DNA from: a virus
Taxonomy: Duplodnaviria > Caudoviricetes
Reading direction: 5' to 3' (one strand)
IMG/VR virus record: IMGVR_UViG_3300011336_000076
Span: 1-60,505 of that record
DNA: 60,505 bases
Each line of letters opens with the position of its first letter. The stretch's first letter is position 1. Positions 8,641 through 16,416 of the stretch are shown one piece after another. The position numbers and the translations under genes were made by a program. The notes below the pieces were generated by a model. It was not told where the DNA came from. It did not search any database and worked only from the letters and a program-made list of their open reading frames with translations.

Positions 8641-9320
8641 AAAAAGCACCCGCATGGAGTTACTCAAGCATCACATTGTTTGATCAGTGCCCAAAAAAGT
8701 ATTACCACATGCGTGTGGTGAAAGATATCAAAGAGCCTGAGAGTGAAGCAATGCTGTATGGCACTGCGGTACACACTGCCGCAGAAGAGTACGTGCGGGA
8801 TGGCACACCGATCCCCGAGCAATACAAGTACATGGAACCCATGCTTGAGAAGCTCATGAAGATTGACGGGGAAAAGATTTGTGAGTTGAAGATGGGCATC
8901 AAGAAGGTGGATGGTAAGTTTGCACCTTGTGGATTCTTTGACAAAGATGTTTGGTACAGAGGTATTGCCGACTTGCTGATCATCGACAGTAAAAAGAAAG
9001 AAGCCCGAGTCATTGACTACAAGACGGGCAAGAGTAGCCGCTACGCAGACCCAAAACAACTGGCACTGATGGCCGCTTGTGTGTTCGTGCATTACCCTGA
9101 GATTGAGTTTGTTCGCGCAGGGTTATTGTTCGTAGTCTGCAAGGACTTTATACCCGTGGACTTTCCCATCCACAACAAGTTTGATATCTTTGCCAAGCTA
9201 GATGATGTACTTGTTTCACGTGAAACAGCGTATGAAACTGGGGTGTTCAATCCCAAGAAAAACTTCACTTGCAAAGCATGGTGTCCTGTATCAGAATGTA
9301 GCCATAACGGAAGGAATTGA
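8637..9320 (+). CDS. Cas4-like PD-(D/E)XK exonuclease
   Basis: WSYS..CPKKY, G..H, GIAD, IDYKTG, Q...., C-terminal C..WC....C cluster. Confidence 0.9.
   Translation: MKKAPAWSYSSITLFDQCPKKYYHMRVVKDIKEPESEAMLYGTAVHTAAEEYVRDGTPIPEQYKYMEPMLEKLMKIDGEKICELKMGIKKVDGKFAPCGFFDKDVWYRGIADLLIIDSKKKEARVIDYKTGKSSRYADPKQLALMAACVFVHYPEIEFVRAGLLFVVCKDFIPVDFPIHNKFDIFAKLDDVLVSRETAYETGVFNPKKNFTCKAWCPVSECSHNGRN
9212..9227. promoter_or_regulatory. perfect parS-consensus palindrome TGTTTCACGTGAAACA
   Basis: Exact 16-bp match to the widespread chromosomal parS consensus, located inside the exonuclease CDS; function untested. Confidence 0.5.
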
Positions 9321-9321
9321 C

Positions 9322-9642
9322 ATGCCCTACAAGAACCCCGCTGACCGTAACGTCAAGCGCGAATACGAATTAGAGAAGCAACGAGCCGGTGCGCACGAGG
9401 CGCGGATGGAGCGACAACGTGCACGGCGTAAGCTAGACAAAGAAGGCAAGGATGCCAACGGCAATGGCAAGGCTGACATGCGTGAAGGCAAAGATGTTGC
9501 CCACATGAAAGCGTTGTCTAAAGGTGGCAGTAACAAGAACGGTGTGCGTGTTGAAAGCGCATCGGCCAACAGATCATTCAAGCGCGGATCGAACCACAAG
9601 GTGGTGTCCGAGACAAGTGCAAGAGAGCGCAAGAAAAAATAG
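9322..9642 (+). CDS. HNH-like protein (degenerate HNH endonuclease)
   Basis: GKDVAH.KALSKGGSN..GVRV.SASANRS; AAGGA RBS before ATG 9322. Confidence 0.7.
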   Translation: MPYKNPADRNVKREYELEKQRAGAHEARMERQRARRKLDKEGKDANGNGKADMREGKDVAHMKALSKGGSNKNGVRVESASANRSFKRGSNHKVVSETSARERKKK

Positions 9643-9839
9643 TTTCCTGAGAATAGTCTGCGAGGTAAGGTACGAGTAGTAGCAGACGGGGGTTATGAGA
9701 TTGACCCGTATAACCGTATCAGTCAACGATGTTTTTTAAACTTTCAACAGCGAGTTGACCGTAACCCCCACGTCACGGGGGACTTATAAAAAGAACCTGA
9801 CACACACCGTGTTCAGGACGTTAGTCATTGGAGAGAAGA

Positions 9840-11390
9840 GTGCAAATTATTGATAACCGTGCGTTACTGCTGAAGGTACGCAATCCCGACAGAATTACTA
9901 CGGTGATTCCAAAGAGCAAAGTTGTGTCAGATGATGGGGAGATAGCAGAAGTCTTGGTGAATTGGGATTTGGAAGAGTCCATCGTCTTGAAGAACCTCAA
10001 GATCAAAGATGTTCCCTCGCCCATCAATGCTTCATACAACTGGCCCGGGCTGTATAAACCTTTCGCACACCAAAAAGTTACAGCGTCTTTCTTGACGATG
10101 CACCGGCGCTCGTTCTGTTTTAACGAACAGGGCACTGGCAAGACTGGCTCAGTGATTTGGGCATCGGACTACTTACTTTCAAAGCGCATCATCAAGCGTG
10201 TACTGGTGATCTGCCCACTGTCTATCATGGAGTCGGCATGGCGTAATGACTTGTTTAAGTTTGCTATGCACCGCAAGGTGGACACTGCCTATGGCAAGCC
10301 GGAGAAGCGCAAAGAGATCATTGCAGGGGATGCTGAGTACGTCATCATCAACTATGACGGGGTAGAGATTGTTGCCACTGACATCATCAAGGGCGGCTTT
10401 GACCTCATCGTGATTGACGAGGCTAACGCCTATAAAAATCCCTCTACAAAACGTTGGAAGGTGTTGAACAACTTGATAAAGCCGCACACTTGGCTGTGGA
10501 TGCTGACGGGTACACCCGCATCGCAGTCGCCACTGGATGCCTATGGGATTGCCAAGCTAGTGAACCCCGAGGGGATTCCACGCTTCTACGGGGGGTTTCG
10601 TGATCAGGTCATGCACAAGATCAGTCAGTTCAAGTGGGTGCCCAAGTTAGAGTCAGAGCAAGTTGTTCATAAGGCACTACAACCCGCCATACGTTTTACG
10701 AAAGAGCAGTGCTTGGACTTACCTGAGATGACTTACGTAACGCGAGACGTACCTCTTACTGCCCAACAGGAGAAATACTACGAGTTGCTACGTAAGCGTC
10801 TCATCGTACAAGCCGCTGGCGAGGAGATCACTACAGTCAACGCCGCTGCGAATTTAAACAAACTCCTACAATTATCTGGTGGTGCGGTGTATTCAGATAC
10901 AGGAGAAGTAATCCATTTTGATGCAAGCAATAGACTTGCAGTCTTACGTGAGGTGATCGAAGAGTCTAGCCACAAGGTGTTAGTGTTTGTGCCATACAGA
11001 CACGCCATCGAGGTGGTTGCAGATGACCTACGTAAGCACGGGTACCCGACAGCCGTCATTCATGGTGGTGTGTCGGTGGGGAAACGATCAGAAATCTTTG
11101 ACCGTTTTCAAACGAAAGATGACCTACAAGTACTGGTCATCCAACCACAAGCGGCCTCGCACGGGGTAACTCTGCATGCCGCCAATACCATCGTCTACTG
11201 GAGTCCAGTGATGTCAGTCGAGACCTACCTCCAAGCCAATGCGCGTGTTCACCGAGCGGGGCAAAAGAATCCCTCAGTGGTGGTGCACTTGCAAGGCAGT
11301 GGGGTAGAACGCCGAATGTACAAGATGCTAGAAAACAAGGTAGACATTCACAACCGCATGATTGACTTATACGGGGAAATACTTAGATAA
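9840..11390 (+). CDS. SNF2-like superfamily 2 helicase
   Basis: EQGTGKT, IDEA, LTGTP, HGVTL, QANARVHRAGQ; GTG start after GGAG (track start 9828). Confidence 0.93.
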   Translation: MQIIDNRALLLKVRNPDRITTVIPKSKVVSDDGEIAEVLVNWDLEESIVLKNLKIKDVPSPINASYNWPGLYKPFAHQKVTASFLTMHRRSFCFNEQGTGKTGSVIWASDYLLSKRIIKRVLVICPLSIMESAWRNDLFKFAMHRKVDTAYGKPEKRKEIIAGDAEYVIINYDGVEIVATDIIKGGFDLIVIDEANAYKNPSTKRWKVLNNLIKPHTWLWMLTGTPASQSPLDAYGIAKLVNPEGIPRFYGGFRDQVMHKISQFKWVPKLESEQVVHKALQPAIRFTKEQCLDLPEMTYVTRDVPLTAQQEKYYELLRKRLIVQAAGEEITTVNAAANLNKLLQLSGGAVYSDTGEVIHFDASNRLAVLREVIEESSHKVLVFVPYRHAIEVVADDLRKHGYPTAVIHGGVSVGKRSEIFDRFQTKDDLQVLVIQPQAASHGVTLHAANTIVYWSPVMSVETYLQANARVHRAGQKNPSVVVHLQGSGVERRMYKMLENKVDIHNRMIDLYGEILR

Positions 11391-11397
11391 AATATTC

Positions 11398-11424
11398 TTG
11401 ACAATGTAAAGTTTATGTTATTAT
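11398..11424 (+). promoter_or_regulatory. putative sigma-70 promoter
   Basis: TTGACA at 11398 and TGnTATTAT extended -10; the spacer is short (15 bp). Confidence 0.5.
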
Positions 11425-11452
11425 CCATACACAAAACAAAAAGGAGAGAGCT

Positions 11453-11860
11453 ATGACCGAGACAATATCGGTTGATAAACTCGTCGCCGTCTACATCAAG
11501 ATGCGCGACAAACGTGCCGAACTTTTACGTTCATACGAAGAAGCTGACAGCACGGTAAAGACACAGATGGAAGTTGTGGAGACCAAGCTATTGGACATCT
11601 GCAAGGAGATCGGTGTTGATCGTCTTGGTAGCACTCACGGTACGGTAATGCGTACTGTGAAGACACGCTATTGGACAAGCGACTGGGAATCAATGCACAA
11701 GTTCATCTTGGAAAACAAGATGCCCGAACTGCTTGAACGCCGTATCAGTCAAACCACCATGAAACAACTGTTGGAAGAGAACCCCGAGCTTATGCCCATG
11801 GGTTTGAACACTGACAGCAAATACAGCGTAACTATAAGGAGAACCACAAGTGGAACTTGA
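11453..11860 (+). CDS. conserved phage replication-region protein
   Basis: AAGGAGAG RBS; N-terminal coiled coil, then DWESMHKFI...LLERRIS. Confidence 0.8.
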   Translation: MTETISVDKLVAVYIKMRDKRAELLRSYEEADSTVKTQMEVVETKLLDICKEIGVDRLGSTHGTVMRTVKTRYWTSDWESMHKFILENKMPELLERRISQTTMKQLLEENPELMPMGLNTDSKYSVTIRRTTSGT

Positions 11861-12041
11861 ACAATCATTGACCGTGCCCGAAGTGGCAAAAATGTTGAGG
11901 ATGTCACGTCAGACAATCTACAACATGGTCAAAGCGGGGGACATCCCCCATTTTAGGATAGGCAACAAAGTGCGTTTCAATCGCGCAGACCTTGATGCCT
12001 TAATGCAAACCAAAACTGTAACAACTGGAGAATCCAAATGA
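11850..12041 (+). CDS. excisionase/MerR-type helix-turn-helix protein
   Basis: LTVPEVAKMLRMSRQTIYNMVKAGDIPHFRIGNKVRF. Confidence 0.9.
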   Translation: MELEQSLTVPEVAKMLRMSRQTIYNMVKAGDIPHFRIGNKVRFNRADLDALMQTKTVTTGESK

Positions 12042-12919
12042 GCGAAATGACACTGTTTTCTAAGGGCGGCAACACACTACCTGCCCACTTGAAGAACTTA
12101 CAATTAGACGCAACCACAAAAGCCTTGATGGGCGGCAGTGGTAATGGTGGTGGTAAGCGCATCTCCATTCGCGGCAACGTGTTCCGCATGATGGTTGATG
12201 GAAAAGAAATTGCACAGAATGAAGACCGTGCAATGAACATTATTATTGCGGCGGCAAACGCAAACGTATCGAGAACATTCTATGCAGGGACATACCAAGA
12301 AGGCCAAGCAATGGCACCCACATGTTGGTCAAACGATGGTGTCACACCCGACATCAAGTCTGAGCAACCACAAGCAAGCAAGTGCGCCTCATGTGCACAG
12401 AACATCAAAGGCTCCGGCCAAGGTGACTCCCGCGCATGCCGATTCAGTCAACGCCTTGCCGTCCTCTTGGAGAACGATATTCGTGGAGACATTTATCAAC
12501 TGACTCTCCCTGCGCAGTCAATCTTTGGTGCGGCTGAGAATGGCAAGATGCCTTTGCAATCATACGCAAAGTTCTTGGGCAGTCATGGTTTGCCAGTGAC
12601 CGCCGTCGTCACTGAAATGCGTTTTGATACTGCAAGCGCAACACCACGCCTGACGTTCAAGGCAGTGCGTCCTTTGAACGAAGAAGAGTTGGCACAGACC
12701 CAAGAGAAGGGTCAGTCTGCTGAAGCCAAGTCTGCTATCGCCGCAACTGCGGCACAACTTGATGGTGCTACAAAAGTATCTGCTCCCGCAGTAGAAGCTC
12801 CCAAAGCGGAACCCAAGGTACAGGCTGAAGCTGTAGAAACAGCAGAGCCTACCAAACGTGCTAAGAAAGCCGCACCAAAAGATGTGGCTGACATCTTGGA
12901 CGATTGGGCTGAAGAGTAA
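12038..12919 (+). CDS. putative ssDNA-binding protein
   Basis: RISIRGNVF, Cys cluster (C..C..C..C), Ala/Pro linker and acidic tail DILDDWAEE; lies between helicase and primase. Confidence 0.6.
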   Translation: MSEMTLFSKGGNTLPAHLKNLQLDATTKALMGGSGNGGGKRISIRGNVFRMMVDGKEIAQNEDRAMNIIIAAANANVSRTFYAGTYQEGQAMAPTCWSNDGVTPDIKSEQPQASKCASCAQNIKGSGQGDSRACRFSQRLAVLLENDIRGDIYQLTLPAQSIFGAAENGKMPLQSYAKFLGSHGLPVTAVVTEMRFDTASATPRLTFKAVRPLNEEELAQTQEKGQSAEAKSAIAATAAQLDGATKVSAPAVEAPKAEPKVQAEAVETAEPTKRAKKAAPKDVADILDDWAEE

Positions 12920-12985
12920 TTGAATCGGGGGGAAAGCCGTGCAACTTAGCTTGCGGACGAGCGGTCAGTACCCCCACCTAACACT

Positions 12986-13234
12986 ATGAATAACAGAGGT
13001 TATTCCCGTAAATTTGTAGATGCCAATAATAAGGCAGACCCATTTCATGTGGGTGTGCAACTTGGACGCATTTGTATTCAACGTGACATTCCAGTACAGG
13101 ATGTAGCTGAACATTTAGACGTATCACGTCAGGCCATTTACATGTGGTTCTTGGGGAAAGCACTGCCGCACCCGAGCAAACGCAAAGTATTATGGGAACT
13201 GCTTGACCGCCTAACGGCCAACGCCGCAACTTGA
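12986..13234 (+). CDS. XRE-like helix-turn-helix regulator
   Basis: VQDVAEHLDVSRQAIYMWFLGKALP. Confidence 0.85.
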   Translation: MNNRGYSRKFVDANNKADPFHVGVQLGRICIQRDIPVQDVAEHLDVSRQAIYMWFLGKALPHPSKRKVLWELLDRLTANAAT

Positions 13235-13297
13235 TCCCGCGCCCATGGTCTATCGCCAGTAGATCGGAAGGCTTACCTGTCTGTAAAAGAGAAAACA

Positions 13298-16141
13298 ATG
13301 ACAACACGGAACCCCTTTCTCACATCTGTACTTGCCTCTGAAGGTTTGTACTGTGTGGTTGGATTGAAGAAGGGTGCGCCGAGGCAGACTTTTGTAGAAA
13401 CGATTGATGAGATTGATGGAGTCGTAGATGGACTTATCTCGCAGGGTTTTGACGCATACTTTGGTTGCGCTAAATATCTTTTGGAAGATGAAGGTCGCAC
13501 AGCAAAAAACGCAAAGTGGTTTAAGGCTTTTTGGCTTGACCTAGATTGTGGTGAAAACAAACCATACGACACGCAAGCATCCGCATTGGATGCGCTCAGA
13601 ATATTTGTTAAAGCAACAGGGTTACCTCGACCCACTATCATTAACTCAGGACGTGGCATACACGTTTACTGGACGCTGAAGGAGACCATCGGTTACAACG
13701 ATTGGAAACCAACAGCCGAAGCACTGAAGAAATTTTGTGCCTCATACAATCTGCTTGCTGACCCTGCGGTCACAGCGGATGCCGCACGAATACTGCGTAT
13801 ACCCGAGACGTTGAACTTCAAGGACAACCCGCCCAAGCCTGTATCTGTAATGGTCGAGTCGCAGCCGGTAGAGTTCACACGCTTCAAGACGTTGATAGGT
13901 GTAGAAGAAGAGGACGATGAACCACAAGGTTTGTTTGGCTCAGACTCACCACCACGCCGACCAATAGATGCAACGACCCGCGCATTGATGGGTAACAGTG
14001 TGTCCCGCTTTGGGACTATTATGCGCAAGAGTGCCGAGGGCGATGGATGCGCACAACTACTGCGTATCTATAAAGAGCAAGAAACTGTTGAGGAACCGCT
14101 ATGGAGAGCGGGTCTGTCTATCGCCATTAACTGCGAAGACGGTGAGAAAGCGATCCACAAGATCAGCAATCAGCATCCTGAGTACGATCCACAAGAGACG
14201 TTCAACAAGGCACACGCACTACTGGAGAAGCCATACAAGTGCGCTACGTTCTCAAGCATTAACTCTGCACCGTGTAACGACTGCCCACACAAGGGCAAGA
14301 TTACTTCTCCGATTCAGATTGGTTCACGTATTGCCGAAGCCAAGGCAGAAGACAACATCGTTGTCATGCGCAACGCCATACTGGAAGAAGAAGTCACGGT
14401 TGAAATTCCTGACTACCCGTACCCATACTTTCGCGGCAAGAACGGCGGTGTGTACAAACGTGGTTGGGGCAAAGATGAGAAGGGTGAGGATGAGAAAGAT
14501 GAGTTGATCTACGAGTACGACTTCTATGTCGTAAAACGATTGACTGATCCTGACACAGGAGAATCTTTGTGGATGCGTTTACACATGCCCAAGGATGGAA
14601 TCCGTGAATTCTCCGCGCCACTATCAAGCGTTTTATCTAAGGACAAATTGCGGGAAGTTTTGGCATACCAAGGCGTGACTGCATACAACAAGAGATTGGA
14701 TTTACTTATGGGTTACATCACCAAGTGGGTGCAAGAACTTCAGCACCTAACAGAAGCAGAAAAGGCACGTCAACAATTTGGTTGGCATGAAGACGATACC
14801 AAGTTCATCATTGGTAATCGTGAAGTCACAGCATCAGGTGTGAACTACAGCCCCTCATCCAACGCCACTGCGGAGATTGCCACCTACTACACCAAGAAAG
14901 GTACGGTTGCTGAGTGGAAGAAAGTTGCCAACATCTATGCCGCCGCAGGGAATGAGGTACGTGCGTTCACACTCTTTGCAGGGTTTGGCTCGGCTTTATT
15001 TAAGTTTACGAAGCTCAATGGCTCAATCATTCACCTGACAAACAATGGCTCCGGTGTAGGTAAGACAACGATTCAGCTTGCGGTCAACAGCATTTGGGGT
15101 AGACCAGTTGAACCGTTGATGAACCAAGAAGATAAGTATTTGGCGCGTATGCACCGTATCGCAGTGCTTGGCAACCTACCCCCTACCATTGATGAGTTGA
15201 CCAATATGGGAGACGAGGAAGTCAGTGCAATGGCTTACGCTATTACGCACGGGCGAGGCCGTAACCGCATGCAGTCACAGTCTAATGCTGAACGTAGTAA
15301 TTCACTGCGCTGGAATTCGATTGCGATTACATCAGGCAACAAGAGTTTGTACGATCAGTTGTATAACCTCAAAGACTTTCCGGAGGGCGAACTGATGCGG
15401 GTACTGGAGTTTGCAGTTGCCAAGAACGATACCCTGAGTAAGGCCGAGTCTGACTTGATGTTCAACCCCATGTACGAGAACTATGGTGTAGCAGGGGAAA
15501 TCTTCATCCGCTACGTGATTGCTAACTTACCGGAAGTTCAGCGTCTATTGAATGCGATTCAACGCAAGTTTGATAAAGCCGCAGGGTTCACACAACGTGA
15601 ACGCTTTTGGTCTGCGACAGCGGCATGCGCACTGACATCCGGCATCATTGCCAAGAAGTTAGGATTGCACGACATTGACGTATCCGCAGTCTACAAATGG
15701 GCAGTAGAAACTTTAGGCACCATGCGCATTGAAGTTCGCGCCGATAGCATGACACCTTTGAGCCGCATCGGTATGTTCTTGAACGAGAAGAACAACAACA
15801 TGTTGATTGTTAAAAGCACGGTTGATAAACGGGCAGGTTTGTTTGAAGCCCCGATACGAGAACCCCGTGGTGAGTTGATGACCCGCTACGAGCCGGATAC
15901 CAAGATGTTGTTTATCTCCACCAAGGCACTGCGTGAGTGGTGCAGTGAGAACCAAATATCCTATAAGATGGTGTGTGCTGATCTACAGAAGGCTAAGATC
16001 ATCAAAGGTATTGTTAAGAAAAGTATGTCCAAAGGGTCTGATATGACTACACCTTCAGTGTTTGCACTGATGATTGACTGCGCTGTTGCTACTGACCTTG
16101 ATCCGGAAGTAGAAACTATTACCCATGACGATAACGGCTGA
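13298..16141 (+). CDS. primase-helicase (N-terminal primase, DUF927-like region, P-loop ATPase)
   Basis: WLDLD, SGRGIHVYW, RILRIP; Cys cluster; GWH; Walker A GSGVGKTT and Walker B TIDE. Confidence 0.9.
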   Translation: MTTRNPFLTSVLASEGLYCVVGLKKGAPRQTFVETIDEIDGVVDGLISQGFDAYFGCAKYLLEDEGRTAKNAKWFKAFWLDLDCGENKPYDTQASALDALRIFVKATGLPRPTIINSGRGIHVYWTLKETIGYNDWKPTAEALKKFCASYNLLADPAVTADAARILRIPETLNFKDNPPKPVSVMVESQPVEFTRFKTLIGVEEEDDEPQGLFGSDSPPRRPIDATTRALMGNSVSRFGTIMRKSAEGDGCAQLLRIYKEQETVEEPLWRAGLSIAINCEDGEKAIHKISNQHPEYDPQETFNKAHALLEKPYKCATFSSINSAPCNDCPHKGKITSPIQIGSRIAEAKAEDNIVVMRNAILEEEVTVEIPDYPYPYFRGKNGGVYKRGWGKDEKGEDEKDELIYEYDFYVVKRLTDPDTGESLWMRLHMPKDGIREFSAPLSSVLSKDKLREVLAYQGVTAYNKRLDLLMGYITKWVQELQHLTEAEKARQQFGWHEDDTKFIIGNREVTASGVNYSPSSNATAEIATYYTKKGTVAEWKKVANIYAAAGNEVRAFTLFAGFGSALFKFTKLNGSIIHLTNNGSGVGKTTIQLAVNSIWGRPVEPLMNQEDKYLARMHRIAVLGNLPPTIDELTNMGDEEVSAMAYAITHGRGRNRMQSQSNAERSNSLRWNSIAITSGNKSLYDQLYNLKDFPEGELMRVLEFAVAKNDTLSKAESDLMFNPMYENYGVAGEIFIRYVIANLPEVQRLLNAIQRKFDKAAGFTQRERFWSATAACALTSGIIAKKLGLHDIDVSAVYKWAVETLGTMRIEVRADSMTPLSRIGMFLNEKNNNMLIVKSTVDKRAGLFEAPIREPRGELMTRYEPDTKMLFISTKALREWCSENQISYKMVCADLQKAKIIKGIVKKSMSKGSDMTTPSVFALMIDCAVATDLDPEVETITHDDNG

Positions 16142-16328
16142 TACTGTACCAGTTGCTATAGAATGGCATAAGTTTGTAGTGGGTAGCTCCTTCTACATCC
16201 CGTGCCTAGATCGTCAGGGTGTTGCAGATCAAATAGCCGCCTCTGCCAAAGAGCGCGGCATGAAAGTTAAATTCCGTTTTGTTTTGGAAAGAGGCACCCA
16301 AGGAGTGAGATTCTGGCGAATCACTTAA
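16125..16328 (+). CDS. small conserved phage protein
   Basis: W..F.VG.SFYIP...GVRFWRI pattern. Confidence 0.75.
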   Translation: MTITADTVPVAIEWHKFVVGSSFYIPCLDRQGVADQIAASAKERGMKVKFRFVLERGTQGVRFWRIT

Positions 16329-16348
16329 CAATGTGCTAGAGTTCGCCC

Positions 16349-16416
16349 TAGCAACTTGTTACTCTCTCCTTTGGTTGCTATCTCCTTGAACCCCGACTTC
16401 GGTCGGGGTCTTTTTT
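16349..16416 (+). ncRNA. candidate anti-Shine-Dalgarno small RNA / 3'UTR element
   Basis: Hairpin TAGCAAC...GTTGCTA containing CTCTCTCCTTT, a second TCTCCTT motif, then a terminator; TGcTAGAGT extended -10 at 16334-16342. Confidence 0.45.
16389..16416 (+). terminator. rho-independent terminator at the convergence of the two arms
   Basis: ACCCCGAC-TTCG-GTCGGGGT followed by a T run. Confidence 0.9.

Noticed and set aside
8637-9320. Cas4-like gene as evidence of a CRISPR-Cas system
   Set aside because: No other cas genes or array; stand-alone Cas4-like exonucleases are common in phage replication modules
11850-12041. Excisionase-like HTH as proof of an integrating prophage
   Set aside because: No integrase, att site or flanking host genes seen; this HTH type is often a plain regulator
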